Part shown: in pieces, positions 9,361 through 18,719 of the stretch
Layout: the number at the start of each line of letters is the position of its first letter
Position numbering within the stretch: the stretch's first letter is position 1
Assembly (NCBI GenBank): GCA_030540215.1
Contig: JAUNWR010000002.1
Location: forward strand, 10,119-74,118
DNA: 64,000 nt
Direction: 5' to 3'
Source of the DNA: Coriobacteriia bacterium
GTDB lineage: Bacteria > Actinomycetota > Coriobacteriia > Coriobacteriales > Eggerthellaceae
The notes under the pieces: generated by a model
Told to the model about the DNA's origin: nothing
What the model saw: the letters and a program-made list of their open reading frames with translations, nothing else
Database searches by the model: none
Program-made: the position numbers and the translations under genes

Positions 9361-10005
9361 CTAGAACAGCCCGCAGCTTTTCAGTCCGAACACCGCCAGC
9401 GTGACCAATGCAAGCAGGATCAGCCAGCTGGCCAAAAAGCACCCTTTGTTCCCTTCCCTGCTTTTTTGGACCATCAGGTCGGTGAAGCCGCGGGATTTCT
9501 TGAGGATGGCGGTATGGCTGTCGCCCTTGGGCATATCAGCTCGCTGCGAAGGCTGCCAGGTTCCGTGGGAATCAAGAATCGATTGCACACCCTGATTCTT
9601 GATGTCGATGCGCGGGCGTATACCCTGCGAAAGCGATTTCATGGTCGTGCGCATGAAGGTATCGAAATCCGATTGATACACCTTGTCGTAGCAGAAGAGC
9701 GCGACTTCGCCCCAGTAGAAACCCGGTTCCGGCTGATCGGTGAAGGCGACGAACGATAAGACGGCATGCATTTCCCAGCTTTTAGCAGCAAGCAAGTTGA
9801 GTTTGTGGGACGTTTGCTCATCAAGGTAGCCGAGGATATCGCCGTAATCGTTCACGACCCATGCGCGCGTTTTGCCTTCCAGGGGCTTGAATTCGATTTT
9901 GAAAACGTCGCCGATGATGCAATTCGACCCAAGCAGAATCGCCGCATCTTTCTTGGAAGTGGTGTCAAAGCGGGCATATGCGCCGAAATAGCAATCAGGC
10001 AGCAT
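9361..10005 (-). CDS. Hypothetical protein with C-terminal TM helix; N-terminal region HIRAN-like
   Basis: SD AGGAG before ATG 10005; IGDVFKIEF..RAWVVNDYGDILGYLD pattern; hydrophobic C-terminus. Confidence 0.8.
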   Translation of the reverse strand: MLPDCYFGAYARFDTTSKKDAAILLGSNCIIGDVFKIEFKPLEGKTRAWVVNDYGDILGYLDEQTSHKLNLLAAKSWEMHAVLSFVAFTDQPEPGFYWGEVALFCYDKVYQSDFDTFMRTTMKSLSQGIRPRIDIKNQGVQSILDSHGTWQPSQRADMPKGDSHTAILKKSRGFTDLMVQKSREGNKGCFLASWLILLALVTLAVFGLKSCGLF

Positions 10006-10160
10006 GGAATCTCCTATCTGAAATGAAGTGAAAAAAGCGTAACACAAACGAAGAAGCGGAATAGCCGGCATCCATCGATGCCGGCTGACTTACAATAAGA
10101 AGGTTACAAAGTGATAGAAGCAAACATGGAAGCATCCATGTGGGAGATAAGGAATATGCC

Positions 10161-13100
10161 GTGCGTGGTGATTTGCTCGCGTATATCAGTGATGGAACCC
10201 CTCAGGCGATCATCGATCGCTATGCATCGCTTGCTGATGCTTCGAGAGAAAGCGATTACGGTGAGCTTGACCGCGATATCGTCGTTATAGACACCGAGAC
10301 AACCGGCTTCTCGTTCAATCACGATGAGTTGACGCAGATTGCGGCCGCCCGCATGGATAAGGGCGAGATTGTCGATTGGTTCGTAACGTTCGTAAACCCT
10401 GGAAAGCCTATTCCGGAAGATGTTGCGCATCTGACCAATATTCACGATGAGGATGTTGCCGACGCTCCTTCTCCGGAAGAAGCGCTTGCGCAGCTTGCCG
10501 AGTTCGTCGGCGGGTCGAAGCTTGTGGCTCATAATGCCGCCTTCGATCGCACCTTCACCACGCGGCATCCAAGCGGCTATCCTTTGCTGGAAAACACCTG
10601 GCTTGACTCCTTGGATCTTGCTCGCATTGCTCTCCCCCGCCTGAAATCTCATCGACTTATCGACTTGGTTCGCACCTTCGGGGCACCGGTTTCCACGCAT
10701 CGCGCAGATGATGACGTTGCGGCTACATGCGCCGTGTTCCGTATTTTACTGGCTGCGGTGGATGCCATGCCGAAGCCCCTTGTGGCTAAAATCGCATCCC
10801 TTGCAACGCCTGAGCAGTGGGAAACCCAGGTTGTGTTCCAGTACTTCGCCGACCATTCTGGTGATACTGCTGACATAGCGTCCGATGAAGCTGCCTTGGC
10901 CGAAGACGCTGCGCGCGACATTGTTTCACGTGAAACAAACGAGGGTCAGCTCTCATGGGCGACGAGCCAGCTTGATCTGTTCTCGCTGCAATCCATTCGC
11001 CGTGATCGCCTTCGCAAGATCGAGAACAGGCCGAAGGTTGATGCGGATGCGATTGCTTCCGATCCTATGCGCAGCATGGAGTATCCCACTGCCGAGGAGA
11101 TTGCCAAGGCCTTCAGCCAAGAGGGTCTTGTGGGCAACCTGTATAAGAATTACGAGCCGCGCGCCGAGCAGCAAGATATGAGCACTTCGGTACGTGATGC
11201 GTTCGCTTCTGGGGATAATCTTGTAGTCGAAGCCGGAACCGGCGTAGGCAAATCCATGGCGTATCTGGTTCCCTTGGCTCTCACCGCGCAGAGGAACGGC
11301 ATCACCGTTGGCGTGGCAACCAAAACGAATGCTTTGCTCGATCAGCTGGTATTCAAAGAGGTTCCCGCGCTTGCGAAGGCATTGCGCGCATCCGATCCCG
11401 ATGCAAAGCCTTTGACGTGCGCGCCGCTGAAGGGCTTCTCCCACTACCCGTGCCTTCGTAAGATTCGCAGCGTAGTGGATGACGGCGCTGCAATGAAGGA
11501 GATTCAGGGCAAAGAGCTGTCGCAAGCCCCTGCGATGGCGGCGCTGCTTTCGTTTATCGAGCAAACAGAATACGACGATATCGACGGTTTGAAGCTTGAC
11601 TATCGCTTGCTGCCGCGAAAGGTGATCACGACGAGCAGCCAGGAATGCCTGCGCCGCAAGTGCCCGTTCTTCGGTAACCTGTGCTTCGTCCACGGGGCGC
11701 GCAAGCGTGCCGAAGCTGCTGACATCCTGGTTACCAATCATAGCCTGCTGTTCTGCGACATGGCAGCCGATGGCGGTTTGCTACCGCCTGTTCGCTATTG
11801 GGCGGTGGACGAGGCCCATGGTGCCGAAAGCGAGGCGCGCCGTGCTTTCTCCATCGAGCTTGATGCTGAGAATATCCTCCGAGAGGCTCGCCGAGTAGCG
11901 GCAGATGATGCTCATAGGAACGTGTTCTCCCGCGCGGAACGTCGTGTGGTCCTGAACGGCGCGAAAGAGGAAAGCGAAACGCTGTTCTATACGCTCACGC
12001 AAAAAGGTAAGAGTGCGGGCGAGGCGTATCGTCAGACCGCAGAAGCCTTCTGTGCCAGCCTGAAGGGTCTGCTGTTCTTCGATACGAATCGGCATGGGCG
12101 CGGCTACGAGATCGTTGAGCTGTGGGTGAACAGCGATATCCGTAGTTCCGCCACGTTCGGCGATATCGTGGACAAGGGCGTCGCAATGAGGGAATCTGCC
12201 GAGAAGCTGATTGCGGCTTGCCAGAACCTGGTGGCGTATCTTGAGGAAATCGAGAACGCAGCCGCGATACAACGCGAGATAGCCGCGATGGCCATTGACT
12301 TGAAGGAACAGGTCAATGCGGTACAGGTGATTCTTGAGGATCCCAACGAGAGCTACGCATATGCTGCAACGCTATGCCGGAAGAAGGACCGCGTCGGTGA
12401 AAAACTGCAAGGCATGCCCGTTAACGTCGGCGGAAAGCTGAACGATACGCTCTACGCATCCACGCATTCGGTGGTGTTCGCATCGGCAACGTTGTCCGTC
12501 AACGGGAGCTTCGATGGCTTTACGAATGCAATGGGCTTGGGTCAAGGAGAGTTCTCGCCGGTCAAAACCTGCCAGCTTGATTCGAGCTACGACTTCGACA
12601 AGAACATGACGGTGTACGTTGTAGCCGATATGCCCGAGCCAAATGAGCCTAGCTATATGGCCACCCTGCAAAAGTTCCTTGTTGAGGCGCATAAAGCGCA
12701 GCAGGGTTCGATGCTCACGCTGTTCACGAACCGTCGCGAGATGGAGCGTTGCTTCGACTACGTTCAGCCTGAACTGAAAAGTGATGATTTGCGCTTGGTG
12801 TGCCAGAAGTGGGGCGTGTCGGTGAAGGGCCTGCGCGATGACTTCCTTGCTGACGAGCACTTGTCGCTGTTCGCGCTGAAAAGCTTCTGGGAAGGGTTCG
12901 ATGCCCCAGGTGCAACGCTGAAAGGCGTCGTCATCCCGAAGCTCCCCTTCATGAAGCCGACTGACCCGCTCTCTTGCGAGCGTGCGGAACGCGATGACCA
13001 AGCTTGGCGACATTATGTGCTGCCTGCGGCGGTGCTTGAAGTGAAGCAGGCGGCTGGTCGATTGATCCGTCGCGCCGATGACACTGGAGCGCTCATCCTC

Positions 13101-13226
13101 GCGGATCATAGGTTGGTTTCGAAGAGCTATGGGAAGGTGTTCCTGAATTCCTTGCCAAGCAGCAACATCAAGGTGTTGACCGCTGCTCAGATCGTTGCTG
13201 AATTGGCGGCAACGAACCGAGGCTGA
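10161..13226 (+). CDS. dinG: DnaQ-family 3'-5' exonuclease - DinG-family (FeS) helicase fusion
   Basis: VIDTETTG, HNAAFD, HRADDD (DEDDh); VEAGTGVGKS, VDEAH, Cys cluster (PCL..ECLRRKCPFFGNLC), SFWEGFD, QAAGRLIR. Start is GTG 10161 or 10140. Confidence 0.93.
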   Translation: MRGDLLAYISDGTPQAIIDRYASLADASRESDYGELDRDIVVIDTETTGFSFNHDELTQIAAARMDKGEIVDWFVTFVNPGKPIPEDVAHLTNIHDEDVADAPSPEEALAQLAEFVGGSKLVAHNAAFDRTFTTRHPSGYPLLENTWLDSLDLARIALPRLKSHRLIDLVRTFGAPVSTHRADDDVAATCAVFRILLAAVDAMPKPLVAKIASLATPEQWETQVVFQYFADHSGDTADIASDEAALAEDAARDIVSRETNEGQLSWATSQLDLFSLQSIRRDRLRKIENRPKVDADAIASDPMRSMEYPTAEEIAKAFSQEGLVGNLYKNYEPRAEQQDMSTSVRDAFASGDNLVVEAGTGVGKSMAYLVPLALTAQRNGITVGVATKTNALLDQLVFKEVPALAKALRASDPDAKPLTCAPLKGFSHYPCLRKIRSVVDDGAAMKEIQGKELSQAPAMAALLSFIEQTEYDDIDGLKLDYRLLPRKVITTSSQECLRRKCPFFGNLCFVHGARKRAEAADILVTNHSLLFCDMAADGGLLPPVRYWAVDEAHGAESEARRAFSIELDAENILREARRVAADDAHRNVFSRAERRVVLNGAKEESETLFYTLTQKGKSAGEAYRQTAEAFCASLKGLLFFDTNRHGRGYEIVELWVNSDIRSSATFGDIVDKGVAMRESAEKLIAACQNLVAYLEEIENAAAIQREIAAMAIDLKEQVNAVQVILEDPNESYAYAATLCRKKDRVGEKLQGMPVNVGGKLNDTLYASTHSVVFASATLSVNGSFDGFTNAMGLGQGEFSPVKTCQLDSSYDFDKNMTVYVVADMPEPNEPSYMATLQKFLVEAHKAQQGSMLTLFTNRREMERCFDYVQPELKSDDLRLVCQKWGVSVKGLRDDFLADEHLSLFALKSFWEGFDAPGATLKGVVIPKLPFMKPTDPLSCERAERDDQAWRHYVLPAAVLEVKQAAGRLIRRADDTGALILADHRLVSKSYGKVFLNSLPSSNIKVLTAAQIVAELAATNRG
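10922..10937. other. parS site within dinG coding sequence (encodes VSRET)
   Basis: Perfect 16-mer in the interdomain linker. Confidence 0.9.
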
Positions 13227-13240
13227 ACCTGGCGGCATAT

Positions 13241-14581
13241 ATGAGAAGACGAGACGATAAAATCGCCCGAGCAGCTCATATCAAAGAGAGGACGCACGGA
13301 ACGTCCAACGAGATATCGTTCAGCGTCCTCGATGCTGCTAAATATAAGGAAACAACTCAGCGATTCAGCCTGAGAGATTTGCTTGCCGATCGCAGGGATG
13401 CGGATGCTCAGAGTGTTTCACGTGAAACAGGCGAACATGTTTCACGTGAAACATCCGATCATAAGGCGTCGGCCGGTTCGCATGCTGCCGAAATCAGTGC
13501 TCGCAGGCGGCGAAGCGGAGTCTGGTTTAAACAGAAGCACGCTAAGCAGGCAACCCAAAGCAAAAAGGGTCTCCACGCATCAGGCTATAGCGAAGGAGCT
13601 TCCTCTCAGGCGCCAGCTGTTACCAAGCGCATGTCTATCGAACAAGAGATAGCGCGAAGAAAAGCACGCCGACGCAAAGGAAGGATTGCTGCGATATCCG
13701 TGGTGGCAGCTGCTTCGTTGGCAATCGTGTCCATTGGCGTGTGGGGGTGGCATTGTCAGGTCACTGAGCAGCAAGGATACGAATCCGAGCTTATGGAAGC
13801 GCTGAGACTGGTTTCCGAAGCTGATGAGACCATCTTGCAAATAGACGCGATAGTGGACGACCCCTTTGCGGAGGAAAGCGAAGGGAAGAGGCAAGATGTT
13901 CTATCCTCCGTCGAGCAAACCAAGCAGTTGCTGATCGATGCCGATGGGAAGGCCCGCAACGTTTCGGAGAAACTCTCAGATCCTTCCGTTCGCGAAGTAG
14001 CCAATCAGACGGTGATATCGATAACGGCGCGCCAAGGCATGATAACGCAAGGCATGCAGCTGGTTGAGATGTCGGAAGATGCCGAGCAGGCGGCGAAGGA
14101 ATGCGATGCTGCGTGGCAGGTGGTGTTGGATGCGGATGCTCAGGTTCGCGAGGCGACGAAATTGGCCGGACGGAACGAAGTCGACGCTTCGAAGGAGCGT
14201 ACCTTGAAAGCGAAGGAAACGTTTTCCGAGAGCCTGAATCAGCTCAAGGCGCTTCAAGCGGATTACCCAACGGCTGATGTTTCACCGCTGATCGAGTATG
14301 TGGAAACGCGAATGGCTGCGATGGATTTGGCGGTGCAATCCGATGAGGCTCTCGCTGCGAAAAACAAGGATGAGGCCATTGCGCGAAATGATGCGTATAA
14401 CGCTGCCGAAGAGGAGGCGGCGACGATGGCTGCCGCCTTGCCAAGCGACCCGAAGCAATTGGTAAAAGATGCGTATTTCGCAACATGGGCAGAGGTTATC
14501 AGAAACTATGCCGGACAGCGCGCGGCCGCCGGTACCAGTGATGCAGTTATACGTGATTATTTGGGCGCGCAAGGCAAATAG
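13241..14581 (+). CDS. Hypothetical bitopic membrane protein (basic N-terminus, one TM, helical extracytoplasmic domain)
   Basis: 446-aa ORF 14 nt after dinG; RRKARRRKGR followed by a hydrophobic segment; Ala/Glu-rich helical C-terminus. Confidence 0.8.
   Translation: MRRRDDKIARAAHIKERTHGTSNEISFSVLDAAKYKETTQRFSLRDLLADRRDADAQSVSRETGEHVSRETSDHKASAGSHAAEISARRRRSGVWFKQKHAKQATQSKKGLHASGYSEGASSQAPAVTKRMSIEQEIARRKARRRKGRIAAISVVAAASLAIVSIGVWGWHCQVTEQQGYESELMEALRLVSEADETILQIDAIVDDPFAEESEGKRQDVLSSVEQTKQLLIDADGKARNVSEKLSDPSVREVANQTVISITARQGMITQGMQLVEMSEDAEQAAKECDAAWQVVLDADAQVREATKLAGRNEVDASKERTLKAKETFSESLNQLKALQADYPTADVSPLIEYVETRMAAMDLAVQSDEALAAKNKDEAIARNDAYNAAEEEAATMAAALPSDPKQLVKDAYFATWAEVIRNYAGQRAAAGTSDAVIRDYLGAQGK
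13414..13453. other. Tandem parS pair (13414-13429 and 13438-13453) within CDS
   Basis: Two perfect TGTTTCACGTGAAACA copies at 24-bp period; protein reads VSRETGEHVSRETS. Confidence 0.92.
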
Positions 14582-14636
14582 CGTATACTGCAACCCGTAT
14601 ATGCCTTGCTGTAATTGAGGAACGAAAGGCACAAAA

Positions 14637-17600
14637 ATGCCGGATATTAAAGAGCATATCGCATACCTGTCGCAGGAAATCGGCGCCCGTCCCGCTGGCA
14701 CCGAAGAGGAACAGCAGGCTGCGTTGTACATTACCGAGCAATTCCAGAAGGAAGCAGGTCTGCCTGCTAACATCGAGGATTTCAACGGGGTTGGCGACCC
14801 TCATCTGCCTAGCATGATCTGCTGCGGCGCAGCTGTGGTGCTCGCCTTGCTGTCGTTGATTGTGCCCGTGCTGAGCATCGTCGGGGTTATCGGCTGCCTT
14901 GCGGCAGCCGGTTTGTTCGCCGCCGAGTATCTGGACAAGCCCATCATCTCGAAGCTTCTGGGGAAAGGCGTGAGCCAAAACGTTGTGGCGAAATACGCCC
15001 CCGCAGCGCCTGATGACGGCGAAGGCGCTCGTCGCCGAAAGGTGATTCTGGTGGCTCGCTACGACACCGGTAAGGTGCGTGCCGAGCTTGCCGGTCCCAC
15101 GGCGCAGGCCATGCCGCTCGTCGGCAAGATCTCCTTCGGCGCGATGGTCGCCCTTCCCGTGCTGCTGCTCATCAAGGGCGTTGCGCTGGGCTCTTCCGAA
15201 GGTACGCTCACCACGATCTTCACGCTGCTGACTGTTATCGCCATGCTGCTCACCGCTATCCCGCTGGCTCTTGGTGCACTGCATCAGACTGCTGCTTACA
15301 ACGAGGGTGCGAACTGCAATGCTTCCGGCGTTGCCGCCCTGCTTGAGCTGGCTCGCCGTATCGGCGCGGGTCGCGTGAGCGAAGCTGAGATCGCCGAGCG
15401 CGAGGATGCCATGATGCATGGACCAGAGGCCGCGTATGAGAGCGGTCTTGTCCCTGAAGGCGCCGAGTTCGTGTACTCCTCCCATCCCCGTTCCTCCATG
15501 GAGGACGAGGAGAGCCTCATCGCCGCCAAGGCTGCAATCTCGGCGTTGTCGGGCAAGCCCGTCGACGGCATGACCGCCGAAGAGGTTGAGCGCAATCTCC
15601 AGAAGATCGAGCGACATGATCGTGAGGAAGCTGAAGAGGAAGCTCGAATGCAGCGCATGGAGGCGCGCGCCATCGAGAGTGCCCGACGCGATGCCGAGCA
15701 GGCTCGTCTTGCGGCAGAGCAGGAGCAGCAGGCTCTTGAGGCTCAGCAGGCAGAGGAAGCCGAAAAGGCTCAGGCAGAGTTCGAGGCTCAGCAGGTGGCG
15801 ATGCAGCAGGCTGAGTTCGAGGCCCAGCAAGCAGCGGCTCAGCAGGCTGCCGCCCAGCAGATGCAGGCTGCCGCGGAGCAACAGCGCGCGGCGCAGGCAA
15901 GCGTGCCCGATTGGTACGCCCGCGCTCAGGAGAAGGCCAAGAAACCCCGTAACGCCGAGAAGCCGGCGCAGCGCTCCCGTTACGCTAGCGCCCTTGATGC
16001 CGCGGTTGCCGAAAGCGCCGGTCATTTCGCGAAGGCGAACAACATCGTCGAGCATGAGCTCGAGCGCTCCTTCGACATCGATCGCGACACCATTCGCGAG
16101 GTTCGCGCTCCGCAGTGGGCGACCATCGCGCCCGTACAGCCCGCGGTGCAGCCTGAAGCCGAGCAGCCGGCGGTGAACGCCGCTCCTGTCAATGCTTCCG
16201 TGAACGCGGCGTCGGCGGTTGAGCAGGCTGCGCAGATGCAGCAGATTCCCGTGCAAGAGGAGCCTGCCGTCCAGATTCCTGCACCTCAGCAGGCAGTCCA
16301 ACCCGTGCAACTCGATGCGCAGATTGAGACGGCTTCTTCTGACGAGCCTGCGGCCACAGCGCCTCAGAACGATGTCGCGGTTGCAGCCCCCGTCCCCGAG
16401 GCTTCCGCTCCTGTGGCCGAGCCCGCACCTGAGCCCGCGGCCGAGCAGATGACCGCTCAGCAGCCCGTCGTGCAGTTCGCCCCTGCGCAGGTTTCCGCGC
16501 CCGAGCCCGTTCAGGCCCAGGTTGTTGCTCCTGCCGAGGTTGCCGATCCCTTCGCCACGGCTGCTACGCCCCCGATCGATGTGACGAAGCTTCATCTTGA
16601 GGACGTTCCCCCGATGGGCGACGTTCCCATGCCCGCGTTCTTGGATCCGCGCAAGGTGCAGGAAGAGGCCCAGTCCCGCCAGTCCGACGCTCCTCGCTCG
16701 GGCAATCGCGTCGACGTGACGCAGGCTTCCATCAACGAGGCCGGCCGTGTCGATGCGGCAAATGCCCCCGCGGTGCCCGTGCCTGCGCCTGTGTCCGAAC
16801 CCGCAGACGAGATGGTGCCGGATCTGCAGGCCAAGCCGCTCGATATTCCGGACGCTTCCGTGGCCCCCATGGCTCCCGTCACCTTGCCGGAGGTCTCCGC
16901 GACCGCCCCGGCGGCCCCCGTTGCGGCGGCTGTGAAGCAGCGCGCTCCGCTTGCCGACGTCGAATCCGCCGGCAAAACCGCGGCACGCAGCTTGCTGAAC
17001 CTGCTTCCTTCCATCGGGTCTTCCGATATCAAGGCGGCTCATGAGCAGGAGGAGGAAGGGGCTGAGGCACCCGGCGAGAAGAAGGATTCCAGGCCTTCCC
17101 TGCTTGCATCCCTGCCTTCGCTGTCCGGCTCGATCAAGGCTGCGGACGCGGCTCAGGCGCAGCCGGGCGTGAACGCTGCGGCAAGCTTCGGCACCGCCGG
17201 TGCAACCGGCTCGTTCGCTCCGGTGAGCAGCGAGCTTGCCAGCACCATGGATCCCGAGGATATGTACGTCGACGATGCGGATGATTCCGCGTATGAGGAC
17301 CACTTCACCGAAACGGGCGCGTTTGCGGGCCCGGGCTACATGGAGATGCCCAAGTCGCGCTTCCGCCGCCTGTTCGACAAGTTCCTCCATCGCAAGGACG
17401 ACGAAGAAGACACGCCGCAGGAGTGGCTCGACGTGGACGACAACTTCGAGGCCCGTGCCGCCGGAAAGGCGCGCGGCGGCTGGGAGAGCTTCCAGGAAGA
17501 GCATTACGAGCAGGGCGAGTATCAGGGTGATTACGCTGTCGAAGCCGATCAGGATGCTGCAGCTTATCCTGGGGCTACGCAGGCTCTGCCCGCTTTGCAG

Positions 17601-18341
17601 AGCGACGACCTCGGCGCAACCCAAGCATGGACGCCTCAGCCGATCGACCTCGAGGCGGCTGGCCAAGAGGCTTCGCAGGTCGCGTACGACGATTCGTTCA
17701 ACGTCGATGACGTTGCCGATGACGAGCAGTCCGGGTCTAATCGCTTCCGTCCGTGGCATGGCGGCGCTTATTCCGCCCGTCGCATGGAGAACAGCAACCT
17801 GTCCTCCGAGGAGCTTGCCGACGAAGCGGCCGCGGCGGCTGTGCCCACCCCCGTCGAGCTCAACGAGGAGCTCAACGAGGTGTATCAGTTCCGCAACCCC
17901 GACATCGATGCCGAGGTGTGGTTCGTGGCCCTGGGCTCCGAGCTTGCTCAGAATTCCGGCATGAAGGCGTTCCTCGAGGCCCATCAATCCGAGCTGCGAG
18001 GCGCGTTCATCGTCGATATCGATGCCATCGGCGCAGGCGATCTGACCATGATCGAGCGCGAGGGTTTCTTGAAGCCCTCGAAGGCATCGTCGCGTATGAA
18101 GCGCTACATCCGCAAGGCCTCGCAGGCTACCGGCATCAAGGTGGCATCCGGTGCGCTGCTCGGCGATGAAAGCGCTGCATCGTATGCGGCGAAGCATGGC
18201 TGCCAGGTTACCCATCTGGTGGGCATGGAAGGCGGCAAGCCCGCGCTGTATGGCCAGCAGGACGACATCGTCGAGAACATCGACGAGAAGAAACTGGCCT
18301 CCAACGTGGACTTCCTTATGGAGTTGTTGAAGAATATGTAA
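14637..18341 (+). CDS. Membrane protein with split, degenerate M28 peptidase-like domain and long Ala/Pro/Glu/Gln-rich insertion
   Basis: IGARPAGTEEE, NVVAK, ILVARYDT, GANCNASGVAALLELAR in the N-terminal part; VWFVALGSEL, IVDIDAIG in the C-terminal part; four hydrophobic segments. Confidence 0.8.
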   Translation: MPDIKEHIAYLSQEIGARPAGTEEEQQAALYITEQFQKEAGLPANIEDFNGVGDPHLPSMICCGAAVVLALLSLIVPVLSIVGVIGCLAAAGLFAAEYLDKPIISKLLGKGVSQNVVAKYAPAAPDDGEGARRRKVILVARYDTGKVRAELAGPTAQAMPLVGKISFGAMVALPVLLLIKGVALGSSEGTLTTIFTLLTVIAMLLTAIPLALGALHQTAAYNEGANCNASGVAALLELARRIGAGRVSEAEIAEREDAMMHGPEAAYESGLVPEGAEFVYSSHPRSSMEDEESLIAAKAAISALSGKPVDGMTAEEVERNLQKIERHDREEAEEEARMQRMEARAIESARRDAEQARLAAEQEQQALEAQQAEEAEKAQAEFEAQQVAMQQAEFEAQQAAAQQAAAQQMQAAAEQQRAAQASVPDWYARAQEKAKKPRNAEKPAQRSRYASALDAAVAESAGHFAKANNIVEHELERSFDIDRDTIREVRAPQWATIAPVQPAVQPEAEQPAVNAAPVNASVNAASAVEQAAQMQQIPVQEEPAVQIPAPQQAVQPVQLDAQIETASSDEPAATAPQNDVAVAAPVPEASAPVAEPAPEPAAEQMTAQQPVVQFAPAQVSAPEPVQAQVVAPAEVADPFATAATPPIDVTKLHLEDVPPMGDVPMPAFLDPRKVQEEAQSRQSDAPRSGNRVDVTQASINEAGRVDAANAPAVPVPAPVSEPADEMVPDLQAKPLDIPDASVAPMAPVTLPEVSATAPAAPVAAAVKQRAPLADVESAGKTAARSLLNLLPSIGSSDIKAAHEQEEEGAEAPGEKKDSRPSLLASLPSLSGSIKAADAAQAQPGVNAAASFGTAGATGSFAPVSSELASTMDPEDMYVDDADDSAYEDHFTETGAFAGPGYMEMPKSRFRRLFDKFLHRKDDEEDTPQEWLDVDDNFEARAAGKARGGWESFQEEHYEQGEYQGDYAVEADQDAAAYPGATQALPALQSDDLGATQAWTPQPIDLEAAGQEASQVAYDDSFNVDDVADDEQSGSNRFRPWHGGAYSARRMENSNLSSEELADEAAAAAVPTPVELNEELNEVYQFRNPDIDAEVWFVALGSELAQNSGMKAFLEAHQSELRGAFIVDIDAIGAGDLTMIEREGFLKPSKASSRMKRYIRKASQATGIKVASGALLGDESAASYAAKHGCQVTHLVGMEGGKPALYGQQDDIVENIDEKKLASNVDFLMELLKNM

Positions 18342-18473
18342 GGCCTGTAACATGCTCGTTATCAGACTGGACGGCCGCTGGCCTATAATTTCAGCCCGCA
18401 CGAGCATGAACTGAAAGTGCATTCACCGATTCACGGCGCCTGCACTCTTATACGGCAACTAGAGAGGTTTACT

Positions 18474-18623
18474 ATGGCTATCGAGGCATATTGCGTGAAA
18501 TGCAAGGCGAAGAAGATCATGAAGGATCCCGTTGAGGGCGTTACGAAGAACGGCAAGCCTATCACGAAGGGCAAGTGCCCTGACTGCGGCACCACCATCT
18601 GCCGTATCGGCGCTGCAAAATAG
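18474..18623 (+). CDS. Small basic zinc-ribbon protein (DUF5679-like)
   Basis: MAIEAYCVKCKAKK...KGKCPDCGTTICRIG with two CxxC; SD AGAGG; own terminator. Confidence 0.85.
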   Translation: MAIEAYCVKCKAKKIMKDPVEGVTKNGKPITKGKCPDCGTTICRIGAAK

Positions 18624-18640
18624 CATATCGTTTGAGCAAC

Positions 18641-18679
18641 AACCAGCAATGCCCGCCCCGCGCGGGCATTGCTGGTTTT
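18641..18679 (+). terminator. Intrinsic terminator
   Basis: AACCAGCAATGCCCGC-N5-GCGGGCATTGCTGGTT-TT. Confidence 0.8.
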
Positions 18680-18719
18680 GAAGCGGCGGGAATGAATGAC
18701 ATGAAAGGAAGGGAGCGTA

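Noticed and set aside
13414-13453. Repeated 16-mers as a CRISPR array
   Set aside because: They are parS palindromes with an 8-bp gap; no spacers and no cas genes.
14547-18422. 1291-aa minus-strand ORF
   Set aside because: Antisense shadow of the M28-like gene caused by GC-rich codon bias; no motifs or SD.
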